Shown: piece after piece, positions 1 through 9,100 of the stretch
How positions within the stretch are numbered: position 1 is the stretch's first letter
Layout of the letters: each line of letters begins with the position of its first letter
Source: an uncultured archaeon
GTDB lineage: Archaea > Iainarchaeota > Iainarchaeia > Iainarchaeales > Iainarchaeaceae
Assembly: GCA_964577555.1 (NCBI GenBank)
Contig: CAZNZM010000005.1
Span: 47,693 to 70,084 of the forward strand
Reading direction: 5' to 3'
Length of the DNA: 22,392 nucleotides
The notes under the pieces: generated by a model
Database searches by the model: none
The model's input: only the letters and a program-made list of their open reading frames with translations
Told to the model about the DNA's origin: nothing
Translations under genes and position numbers: made by a program

Positions 1-169
1 TAATTTTTTGTTTTGTTTGTTTTTGCAAGTTATTTTTTTTTGTTGTTTTTTTTTGCTTTTGTGAATTTTTTTATTTGAAATTTTGTTTTTTTTTGGCCAA
101 GTTTTTTTTTATTTTTGTTCTGCGAGCCGTTTTTTTATCGTTTTTTTTGGAGTGCTGTTTTTTTGGCTT
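1..169 (+). repeat. Oligo(dT)-tract / GC-island low-complexity spacer (cut by window edge)
   Basis: Runs of T6-T10 on the + strand are separated by 4-12 nt G/C-containing islands (GCAAG, GGCCAAG, GCGAGCCG at 122-129, GGAGTGCTG, GGC). There are almost no A-runs. The architecture matches 1700-2067, 15165-15563 and 22194-22392. Confidence 0.6.
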
Positions 170-1624
170 TTATCCTTTTATGTTTCCTATTGGTTTCAGC
201 GAAAACACTTTTTTTGAAATTCCTATTTCGTCCATTGTTTTGATTACTTCGCTTATGTCTTTATAGGCTATGCCTGCTTCTTCAGCAAGCCCGGAGTAGG
301 TTGCAGTTTTTACGTATATCCCTTTTTTTTCCATTTCTTTTTGCAATTGTTTTCCTTTCACTATTTCTTTTGCTTTTGTTCTGGACATTACCCTGCCTGA
401 GCCATGCATTGTGCTTCCGAAAGTTTCAAGCATTGCTTTTTCAGTTCCTACGCAAACATAACTTCCTGTTTCCATTGATCCTCCAACTATTACTGGTTGT
501 CCAGTTTCTTTGTATATTTTTGCCAATTCTTCATGTCCAGGTCCAAAGCCACGCGTAGAACCTTTTCTATGCACAATGACTTTTTTTGATTTGCCGTCCA
601 CTTCGTGTTTTTCTATTTTTGCAATGTTGTGGGCAACGTCGTAAATCAAATTCATTTCCATTTCTTCAGGAGTTTTTTTGAATATTTTAGCAAATGCTTG
701 TCTGACATTGTGGGTTATTACCTGTCTGTTTGCGAATGCGTTGTTTGCCGCGCAAGCCATTGCAGAATAGTATTTTTGCCCTTCTTCGCTTTGAAATGGC
801 ACTCCTGCAAGTTCTTTATCTTTGATTTTTAATTTGTATTTTTGCATTGCAGATTGGAAGTCTTTCAAATAGTCTGTTGCAATTTGGTGTCCTGTTCCAC
901 GAGAACCGCAATGTATCATTATCATGACTTGTTTATCGTCATACACTCCGAATTTTGAAGCTATTTCTTTGTCATAAATATTTTCTGCTTGTATTACTTG
1001 CACTTCAAGGTAATGGTTGCCAGATCCAAGAGTGCCTAATTGGTTCATGCTTCTTCCAATTGCTTTTTCAGATACATTTTCAGGGTTTGCTTCGTTTATG
1101 CAACCTTTTTCTTCAATTCTTTCAATGTCTTCTTTCCAAGCATAGCCATTTTCAAGGCACCATTTTGCACCGCTCTGCATTACTTCAATAACTTGTTTTC
1201 TTTGCAAACTTATCATGCCTTTTACTCCAACGCCTGCAGGTATTTTTTCAAAAAGGCAATTCATTAGTTCTTTTATCCTTGGCTTGACTTCCTCGTGTGT
1301 CAGATTGGTGCTTATTAACCGCATGCCGCAATTTATGTCAAAACCTATTATGCCGGGGCTTATTATACCTTCAATCGCATCAAATGCCGCTACTGCTCCT
1401 ACAGGCGCGCCATAACCCCAATGCGCGTCAGGCATAGCCATTGCATATTTTTGTATTCCTGGAAGACACGCAACATTAGTTATTTGTTCAAATACTCCTT
1501 CGTCCATTTTATTGAACAATTCGTCGGTTGCAAAAATTCTTGCAGGAACATTCATTCCGCTTTTTTCAGTCTTTGGTATTTCCCAAACGTTTTTTGAAAC
1601 TTTTATTGCTTTATATTTTGGCAT
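170..1624 (-). CDS. rtcB: RNA-splicing ligase RtcB (3'-phosphate/5'-hydroxyl RNA ligase)
   Basis: 484-aa ORF with an ATG start at 1624. RtcB hallmarks are readable: N-terminal IPKxxxxGMxVPARIFA, CLPGI, MPDAHWGYGAPVG, FDINCGMR, GSGNHY, HCGSRGxGHQ and HGSGR. GGAG lies at 1635-1638 (minus sense), about 10 nt before the ATG. Confidence 0.95.
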   Translation of the reverse strand: MPKYKAIKVSKNVWEIPKTEKSGMNVPARIFATDELFNKMDEGVFEQITNVACLPGIQKYAMAMPDAHWGYGAPVGAVAAFDAIEGIISPGIIGFDINCGMRLISTNLTHEEVKPRIKELMNCLFEKIPAGVGVKGMISLQRKQVIEVMQSGAKWCLENGYAWKEDIERIEEKGCINEANPENVSEKAIGRSMNQLGTLGSGNHYLEVQVIQAENIYDKEIASKFGVYDDKQVMIMIHCGSRGTGHQIATDYLKDFQSAMQKYKLKIKDKELAGVPFQSEEGQKYYSAMACAANNAFANRQVITHNVRQAFAKIFKKTPEEMEMNLIYDVAHNIAKIEKHEVDGKSKKVIVHRKGSTRGFGPGHEELAKIYKETGQPVIVGGSMETGSYVCVGTEKAMLETFGSTMHGSGRVMSRTKAKEIVKGKQLQKEMEKKGIYVKTATYSGLAEEAGIAYKDISEVIKTMDEIGISKKVFSLKPIGNIKG

Positions 1625-1699
1625 TTTCCTGCAACTCCGTGTTTTTCAATTTAGGCTTGGACTTGTTTTTAAATTTAATATATTTTTCTACGCCTAATA

Positions 1700-2067
1700 T
1701 TTTGTTTAAATTGAACTATTTTTTTATTTTACCTTTTTTAGGATGCTTTTTTTTTAATTATTTTTTGTGTGTTGTTTTTTTCATAGTATTTTTTTGAACT
1801 GAGTTTTTTCGTCTAATTTATTTTTTTGCCAGACAAAGTTGTTTTTTTTGGCGAGCCTTGTTTTTTATTTTTTTAATTGTTTTTTTTGTTTTTGATTTTT
1901 TTTATCTTTATTTTTTTCCCAATTTTTTTGTTGTTTTTTTGTGAGGCAAGTTTTTTGTCTTTTTTTTGTTTTTTTGGCTTGCATTTTTTTGTTGATCTAG
2001 TTTTTTTTGCCAATTTTTTTTGCTTTTTTTTTTGAAAAATTTTTCTCGTTTTTTTTGTTTATTTCTT
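1700..2067 (+). repeat. Oligo(dT)-tract / GC-island spacer between archease and rtcB
   Basis: About 20 T6-T10 runs on the + strand are interrupted by islands such as GCCAGACAAAG, GGCGAGCC (1850-1857), GTGAGGCAAG, GGCTTGCA and GCCAA. The only ORFs here are poly-Phe artefacts. Confidence 0.65.
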
Positions 2068-2487
2068 TTAGATGTCAACAACTATTGTTGCAACCCAGTT
2101 TTTTCCTTTTTTTTTCAAGCTGAACATGTACATTGTAATTGCTTTAACATCGTTTTTCAAATTGTTTTTTCCAATGTCTTCAAGTTTGGCTCCAAAACAT
2201 TTCGCTTCAAGTTTTTTTTCACGAATTTTTATTTTGAATTTCTTGAAAATCAAGCCTTCCACGTCCTTCATATAAACAAGTTCTTCAAGGAAATTATACA
2301 AAAGGCTTTCATTATCGTTTCCTTCAACCGAAAATTCTTTTTGCAATTTTAAAGGTATTTTTTTGGTGTTAGCCATTATTTCCGCCAAAGCTATTCCTGC
2401 GTTTGCAATTGTTTTTTCCAATGATGTTCCAAATGCTTGGAAAGCTATTTCGGAAATAGCCACGTCTTTGAGAAACTTGTATTTCAT
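2068..2487 (-). CDS. Archease (RtcB activator/chaperone family), divergent
   Basis: 139 aa. The N-terminal MKYKFLxxxxxxEIAFQAFG lines up by eye with the archease YxxxxHTADxxxxAYG motif. The C-terminal VKAITMYMFSL...WVATIVVDI matches the archease VKAxTYHxLxV...W.A.V..DI ending. The size is typical and it lies near rtcB. Confidence 0.8.
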   Translation of the reverse strand: MKYKFLKDVAISEIAFQAFGTSLEKTIANAGIALAEIMANTKKIPLKLQKEFSVEGNDNESLLYNFLEELVYMKDVEGLIFKKFKIKIREKKLEAKCFGAKLEDIGKNNLKNDVKAITMYMFSLKKKGKNWVATIVVDI

Positions 2488-2519
2488 GCAAAAAAATTGT
2501 TTTAGGAATTTAATATAAT

Positions 2520-4046
2520 TTAATGCTTTGAAGCTTTGTTTATTTTTTCAATTAATAAGCTCTTGAGTTTTTCGGCGTTTTCTTTGCTGAGTCCGTCTAT
2601 GTGTGACTCTGTGCTAGATACAGGTGTGACCGTTGAAATGTGCAAATCATAAAGCCCTAAAATCTTGTCAAAAATGTCCTGGTCAATGAAAATATTTTCA
2701 ATACGATGGAATGGAATTGCAATTTCAGTTGTTCTTATAACGCCTTTTCTGATGTAAATAATGTCTTCGGATTGGTTGTAATAATAATTTTTGTAATAAA
2801 GTAATTCAAATAAATACCTGCCAATGACAACAAAGAAGAATGCCAATATTGTACCAACTATATTCAAAAAATTGAGTTTTGGAACGTATAGAACTTGAAG
2901 AGTTATTGCTATCAAAAGTAGGATAAAAAATATGATTGCTGTTTGTATTGTTCTTTTAATAGGTTTGCGTTGTTCGAGCGGAATTCTTTTTGATAAAGGT
3001 TCGATGTCTTGGTTTTGATTTAAGTCGTTGCTTGAAAATAGAAATTCCCTTAACCAAAATGCTTTATCAGGCTTTATATATGGTATTGCAGTATCCACAT
3101 TAAGTAATTGATCGTTCTTGTTTGAAGAAAAAATTTTTTCTATGCCGCCTGTTTCAGCTTTTACGTTTGACAAATTGAAGAATTTTTCAACAATGTTTCT
3201 GGTAATGACAATGTCCTGTATTTTTGAAATATTGAATGAAGCTTTTTTTATTGAAAACAAACCATATTGTATTTCAAGTCTGTTGTTTGAAATTGAAACT
3301 TTGAAATTTATTAGTTCTATATGTCTTGCAACCATAATTAGCAAAAATAAGACAATTATTATGGCAATTGAACCAAGTGTAATAAAAGAAAAATTACCAA
3401 TATTTTTGATTAATTCCCATTCTAAAAATCCTGAAAAACTAAGCAACAAATAAATTGCAAAAAACAGAATGAGAACAAAAATGATGCTAATAAATGCAAT
3501 TGCAGAGCTTATCATTCCTAAAGCAATATTTTTTAATTCCAAGGTTAATGCAGCTTCTTTCAAGATTTTTTCGGGTTTTTCCAATTTTTTTTCCTGCCTT
3601 TTGTTTTTCAAGTTTTCAATGGTTTTCATTTTTTCAAAAATAGTGTTTTTTATTTCATCAGATTCGGCAACATTGAATAAAGGCAATTCTGTTGCAAGAA
3701 CAGACGTATAAGTCATTGTTACTATTCTGAGCCGCTTTACTCCTAAAATAGCATCATACAATGTTTGAGCTTCTTTTATGTCCTGTATTTGCGAATAAAG
3801 GAAAGTTGATCTTTCTTCTGTAATCACTCCTTTTCTTATAGTCAATCCTTGTTCGTCCAACTTTATCCAAGTTTTAGTTATTTTCAAATAACCCCAACCG
3901 GTTAGTACTATAAATAAGAATGCCGCGATAAGAATGTTAAGCGGAAAAACCGGCATTAAAATCAAAAACGAAAAAAATGAAATATACAAGGATGAAAAGA
4001 AAACTAATAATAAATTGATGTTGCTTGGCTTGTAAATCTTTTCCAT
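2520..4046 (-). CDS. YdbT-like membrane protein with three bPH_2 (bacterial PH-like) domains
   Basis: 508 aa. A module of two TM helices followed by a PH-like segment occurs three times: TIRKGVITEERSTFLYSQIQDI...LGVKRLRIVT, EIQYGLFSIKKASFNISKIQDI...LSNVKAETGG, and IYIRKGVIRTTEIAIPFHRIENI...LGLYDLHISTVT. The ATG at 4044-4046 overlaps the upstream stop. Confidence 0.75.
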   Translation of the reverse strand: MEKIYKPSNINLLLVFFSSLYISFFSFLILMPVFPLNILIAAFLFIVLTGWGYLKITKTWIKLDEQGLTIRKGVITEERSTFLYSQIQDIKEAQTLYDAILGVKRLRIVTMTYTSVLATELPLFNVAESDEIKNTIFEKMKTIENLKNKRQEKKLEKPEKILKEAALTLELKNIALGMISSAIAFISIIFVLILFFAIYLLLSFSGFLEWELIKNIGNFSFITLGSIAIIIVLFLLIMVARHIELINFKVSISNNRLEIQYGLFSIKKASFNISKIQDIVITRNIVEKFFNLSNVKAETGGIEKIFSSNKNDQLLNVDTAIPYIKPDKAFWLREFLFSSNDLNQNQDIEPLSKRIPLEQRKPIKRTIQTAIIFFILLLIAITLQVLYVPKLNFLNIVGTILAFFFVVIGRYLFELLYYKNYYYNQSEDIIYIRKGVIRTTEIAIPFHRIENIFIDQDIFDKILGLYDLHISTVTPVSSTESHIDGLSKENAEKLKSLLIEKINKASKH

Positions 4047-4546
4047 TAAACCACTTTTTTTCGATTAATGGTTTTGAGAATAATGTCCCTCATTGTTTCT
4101 GCGTCTTGCTTTGATACTCCGTCAATGTGGGCATGATACCCTGACATTATGGTTGCAGTGGATACGTGCAAATCCCAAAGCCCGAAAACCCTGTCCAACA
4201 AATCCTGGTCCAAATATACGTCTTGTATTTTGTTCCAAGGCAAAGTGGTTTCAGTAGGCATGAAAACCCCTTTTCTTATTACAAGAAAATCAGTTTCAAA
4301 ATTATAAAAGTACTTTTCATAATATTTGCTTTCATACCAATAATTAATTAATGTGGCCGCAACAAAAAAAATCAATGCCAAGCTCAACAAAACGATTTTC
4401 AAACCATATTCAAGCTGAACCAAAAATATGGCTATTCCAATAATAAAAAACAAGATTCCAAGAACTACTTCCCTGGAAATAAATTTCTTCAAAATTTTCG
4501 CTTTTTGCAAAGGATACTTTTTTATCGTAGGAACATCTTGAGACAT
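4046..4546 (-). CDS. YdbS-like membrane protein with a single bPH_2 domain
   Basis: 166 aa with two TM helices, then LVIRKGVFMPTETTLPWNKIQDVYLDQDLLDRVFGLWDLHVSTAT, the same signature as the downstream gene. Stop and start overlap as TAATG at 4044-4048, which implies translational coupling. Confidence 0.75.
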   Translation of the reverse strand: MSQDVPTIKKYPLQKAKILKKFISREVVLGILFFIIGIAIFLVQLEYGLKIVLLSLALIFFVAATLINYWYESKYYEKYFYNFETDFLVIRKGVFMPTETTLPWNKIQDVYLDQDLLDRVFGLWDLHVSTATIMSGYHAHIDGVSKQDAETMRDIILKTINRKKVV

Positions 4547-4599
4547 TTTAATAAACCAATTTGCAAAATGTTTTAAAATAAATATATTATATATTAAAA

Positions 4600-4910
4600 G
4601 AAAGCAAAACCCAAAAAACGCGAGAAGAACAAAAAATTAATTTGCCTAAAAAAACCAACAAAACCGCTTACAGAAAACACGGCTTGCAGAAACAAGCCAA
4701 AAAGCAAAACAAAAAATTTCAATTTTTAAAACAAAAACCAGGCAAAAAACACCCGGCAAAAAGACAAAAAGAATTTTTAAAATTAAAAAAATAGTTTCAA
4801 GTTTGGCTTACAAAACAAACAACATGGTTATAAGTCTTGCAAAACCAAAGCTCTAAAAAAGGCTGCATTTTCAAACCAAAAACAAGTTTGCCAAAACAGG
4901 CAAAAAAAAT
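4600..4910 (-). repeat. Oligo(dT)-tract / GC-island spacer, inverted polarity (A-rich on + strand)
   Basis: The + strand shows A5-A8 runs separated by islands (CGCGAG, CCGCTTACAG, CACGGCTTGCAG, CAGGC, CACCCGGC, GGCTGC, GTTTGCC, CAGGC). This is the reverse-complement architecture of the other spacers. It lies in the divergent gap between the ydbS-like gene and the 349-aa gene. Confidence 0.6.
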
Positions 4911-4966
4911 ACTTTTTTAAATATCAAAATTGTTTCTGTTATATTGAATGTTTGAGGTGATTTGGT

Positions 4967-6016
4967 TTGGTTGGTTCACTAAAAAGAGCTTGGTCCGGAT
5001 TGATTGGAGCAAGCAATCGTTCTTTATTGAGAAAAGCGCAAAAGGAATATTTAGCTGCAGAAAGAGTTGATAAAAGAGCACGGTTTTTTGGCAATGTCAT
5101 GGCTCGCAGAGCCGATGTCTTAGAAAGAGGAGTCATACACGCTCTTTATCGTTCCGATTTGGCTGGGGCACGCGCTGAAAAGTATAAAGGGAAAATGGAA
5201 AAGGCAATTGGTTGGCAATTATATTTATATGGTGTTTCTGCAAGCAGATCCAATCTTAATCCTATTAGAATGCTTGCTACTGCACTAGCTAAAATAATGG
5301 CGTGGAGAGCTAATGAAAACGCTGTTAAATATGGTCGTAATAGTGCTGCTTCTAGGATTCTTGAGAGAGCCGCATATAAATTAATCAGTGGAGGAGAAAA
5401 AACTTATCTTGCTAAAGCTCGTCTTCCTTCTGCTAGGGCTAAAAAAACATATATGTTAGGTGAAAGGTTCGAAGCTCTTTTAGCAAGGCAAGTTCCAACA
5501 ACTGCACGAAATGCTATTTCCATATTTGAAGAGTTAGTTAAAAATCACTCTCTGCTTAAAATGGCATATATTGATTATAGGCAAAAATTGGCTTCCGAAG
5601 CGGCTAGATTGCTTAAAGCTGCAAAAGATGCTAAGGCACTTGCTGAGAAAATGTCTAAACCAAGGAGTGAAATTATAAAAGCTGAAGAAAAAATAAAAAT
5701 TTATGAAAACGCCATTAATGAAATAAAAAGTTTGGCTCCTCCATCAGAATTCGTTTCTAGAATTAGAGCTCTTGGAGATAAAGTTGAGTCCCTTTATTCA
5801 GAATTTCTTGACGGTTCAACCTCTCTTGAGAAACAAAACAAAATTGCAAACGAGATAGAATTTTTGAGGGCCACAGCGTTGGAATTAAGTAGGCTTAATA
5901 AAGGATTAGTATATGGCGTAACTGTAAAGCACGGAAAAGTTTTGTTAGAGAAGCCACAAATAATTGAAAATATGAGCAAAGTAATAGAATTATTAAATTT
6001 AAGAAGAGCAACTTAA
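4967..6016 (+). CDS. Hypothetical protein, all-helical, Ala/Arg/Lys-rich, probable coiled coil
   Basis: A 349-aa open frame in an AT-rich background. TTG start at 4967, preceded by GAGGTGA (4954-4960) with a 6-nt spacer. The alternative ATG is at 5099. I recognise no family motif. The C-terminal half is heptad-like (EKIKIYENAINEIKSL, LEKQNKIANEIEFLRATALELSRLN). Confidence 0.6.
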   Translation: MVGSLKRAWSGLIGASNRSLLRKAQKEYLAAERVDKRARFFGNVMARRADVLERGVIHALYRSDLAGARAEKYKGKMEKAIGWQLYLYGVSASRSNLNPIRMLATALAKIMAWRANENAVKYGRNSAASRILERAAYKLISGGEKTYLAKARLPSARAKKTYMLGERFEALLARQVPTTARNAISIFEELVKNHSLLKMAYIDYRQKLASEAARLLKAAKDAKALAEKMSKPRSEIIKAEEKIKIYENAINEIKSLAPPSEFVSRIRALGDKVESLYSEFLDGSTSLEKQNKIANEIEFLRATALELSRLNKGLVYGVTVKHGKVLLEKPQIIENMSKVIELLNLRRAT

Positions 6017-6022
6017 TAAGCT

Positions 6023-6052
6023 AAAAAAATCAGCCTGGTTAAAATCCGGCTG
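6023..6052 (-). terminator. Hairpin plus T7 run downstream of the giant gene (minus-strand sense)
   Basis: The CAGCCTGG (6031-6038) and CCGGCTG (6046-6052) arms form 7 bp with one bulge and a 7-nt loop. In minus sense the hairpin is followed by TTTTTTT (A-run at 6023-6029 on +). It lies in the convergent gap between the 349-aa gene and the giant gene. Confidence 0.4.
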
Positions 6053-6115
6053 TCCAAAATCCTCAATAACTGATTTCTTTTACCCTAAAAATTAAATTCC
6101 AGTTTTTTTTAATCT

Positions 6116-9100
6116 TCAATTCCAAGCGTAGCTGGCCCATTTTTTATAAATATCGTTGAATTCTTCATTATTGTTGATTGTAATATAATTGCTGGTTTGA
6201 TTGTCATTGTCTTGATTATACTTGTCTAAATAACAACCTGGATCTTTATTGCATTCGTTCATATAAGAAATCAATTTTTTCTTTGCGCATATTGCATTAT
6301 TGTAAATGTTTTCTTCTTCTTTGTTTTGTTTTTTAAGGTTGCATCCAAACATGTACTTGTTGCTTTTGTCAATTCCCAAACCGGATTTTACTACCCCTAA
6401 AGATACCACCATTGCTTCAAGATCAAGATCAGTATTACTTTTGAAGTTTGTTTTTTCGTCTTTAACCGCTTCCGATATAATAACTCCTATTCTTTCTCCG
6501 GATTCCTGCTTTTTCAAATAATTAAGCACCATTGAAGCGTGTTTTATTTCAATTCCTTTTCTTATCATTATGCTTGGCGGGTTATGTGCGTCAGGCAAAA
6601 GTCCCGGAAGAACTGTTGCGATTTCGTTGTTAATATTTTGATTGTTGCATTCATTCAAAACCTGTTCAATACTTGTTCCTTCAGGTATTATTGCAGGCCC
6701 TGATATTATAATCTTTTTTTCCTCAGGAGTTTGTGTTATAATAATTTTGTAGGTTCTGTAATTAATTATTTCTTGTGTCCCCATGTCTTCCCCTTCAATT
6801 GTGAGCAGGGAAACATCTATTCCTGATCTGTTAAGTTCTTCTCCTCTTGATAACGGAGTATTTTTTAATGATTCTTCCAAGGAAAGTTCATAGAATTTCA
6901 TTCCTACAAAATTGGCCAACGCTCCAAAGGCTCCTTCTTTAAGCAGTGTTCTTGCGCCTGTAAAAAACGCTTTCCACCCTGGCTTTGCTTTTTTTACTAT
7001 TTTTTCGGCGTTTAATGTTTTAGTGTATTGTTCTTTAATCCATTTTTCATATTTTTCCTTTGCAGATACTCCCACAGTGTCTTTTAAAATTTCTGGGTTG
7101 TATAGAACATATCTTTCTATTTGGTTATTAATTATTGTGAACTTGTTTTTTATGTCATACACAACAATTTTGTCATTAGGTATGTTTTGAAGTTCATTTT
7201 TTAGTAACTCTTCTAATTCCTTTGGCAATTTTTGAATTTTAAGTTCTCTTTTCAATTTTGCTTCGATTCTATCTATAAGTTTATTCAGGATTTCATTTTT
7301 TTGACTTGTATTTTTTTGTTCGAAACCTGCCAATTCTGGAAATTCATCAGTATTTAATTTTATTTTTTCCATTAATTTTGATTCTTCCAAGGCTTCCTCA
7401 AAGAATTTTCTTTCCAATGCTTCTTCATCATTTTCACCTTCCAAAAATTCGTAACTGAAATATTTTCTGTTTTCATAATAAAAGCCTAAAACTTTTTTAT
7501 CAGAACCCACTTTTCTAATTACATTTTGAACTGCTTTGATTTTTTCTTCTTCAGGTATTTCCACGTGCCTTCCAAATGTGGAAGCGTCTATTCTTGCATT
7601 TTCTCTTGCTATTTCGTCGAATTCTCCCAAAAGTTCTATTTCAATATCTTTTTGTAATGACTTTTCAAATGCTATTAATATTTGCCTGTTTCCAATGCCT
7701 TTGTCGAATGTATTTTTTGCAACTTCCCTGCTTATTTCTTCAGCAATTGATTTTGCAAGCACGGTTCTGTCAACTATTCCTGCTCTTGTGTTTATTTTGC
7801 TGCTGGATTGAATTATTGATTTTAGTGTTTGTGCTGGCACAAATGCTTCTATTATGTTGCTTGTGGCTTGTTCTTCCGCTTTTTGAATTTGTTGCAGTTG
7901 TTGGTTAGGATTTGTTGTTTCTCCAACCCCAATTGCACCAAATAACAGGTTTAAGAGTTTGCTTGCTCCATTATAAACTAATTTTAATGCATCAACTATT
8001 GGTTTTGTAATTTTTTCCACAAATCCTGTAAAGTCTTTGAATATGTCTTTGTCTCCCCATTGATTGTATGCATAAGGTATTCCGCAATCGAATACTATGT
8101 TGAATAATGCTCCTATCCGACCTATTGTCGGTCTTAAGAATGATGTTATTGCGCTTGTTATGGAGCATATGCCCAAATAGACAAGGTTTGCTTTTGTTTT
8201 TGCCGCTTTTACTTCCGGCGGGTCGTCATTAAGTATTTTTATTTCGTTTTTTTCTATTTGATTTGCGGTTTTTAGGTTTGATTCTATTTTGTTTAGTTTT
8301 GCAATGTCGCTTATCAGTATTTTGTCGTTGTCTTTGCCTTTCCAAATGAATGTTGCATAATATGGTGTTTTGCTTGGTTGTTTTTCTCTTATTTTTTCCA
8401 TGAAATCCAACGGATGTATTCCGCATATTTGCAAGTTTATTTGTTCCCATTTTGGGTTTTTTGCTTCGTTTTCAATTCTTTTTGCAGAACCCAATATTGC
8501 TTTACCTTGAGCTTGGTGTATTTGCGAATTTCCTTTTACACAAATTTTTGCTTCTCCAATAAATTTGTTTGTTTTTTGGTCAAGTTTATCAATTTTTAAT
8601 TGTGTTATGGTTTCGTTGCTTGAATTTGCTTGTATGAAGAATGGTTCGTCAACTCCGTCAAATTGTGTTGCTTTTTTTGCTGTTAATATGGCATTTTCTT
8701 TTATGTCGCTTAATACGTTAAAGTCGGTGCATGAAGGTGTGCCATATTGTACTTTGATTTCTTTTCCAGCCTTGACTTCAATTAAGCCTATGTCTTTTGT
8801 AGCTTTTATTTTCAAGTAGCTTTCATCAACGCCTATACATCCGTTAATTACGTTTTCTCTCAGGTTTTTTATTGCTTGTGCCGCTTCTTTTACTATTTCT
8901 TTTTGCAGTTTTTCGTCTCCGCCAATGCTTTCTTTTATGAATGCTTCAACAGTAACAGGGTTGTTTGGCGATGCTGGAGGCATTCTTATTTTTACTATGT
9001 AATCGCTTTCATTTGAGAGGTCAAGTTTGAGGTTGTTGGTGCTTGCTTCGCTTTGTGTTGCTCTTTGGTCAGACCCAAATAGGCTTTTTGCTATTTCTTT

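Noticed and set aside
75-266. 63-aa poly-Phe ORF at the left edge. The same applies to the ORFs at 1528-1797 and 2020-2352.
   Set aside because: Same artefact. These are frames through oligo-T spacers that overlap the ends of the well-supported rtcB and archease genes on the other strand.
1700-2067. Replication origin interpretation of the AT-rich repeat-bearing gaps
   Set aside because: Five such regions occur in 22 kb. There are no ORB-like longer inverted repeats and no adjacent cdc6/orc1 gene. An origin would not be expected at this density.
6116-6800. Possible lytic transglycosylase/peptidoglycan-hydrolase-like domain at the C-terminus of the giant protein (IISEAV...SLGVVKSGLG)
   Set aside because: The resemblance to the SLT ES...GLMQ pattern is too weak and out of register when read by eye. 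I cannot support it without a profile search.
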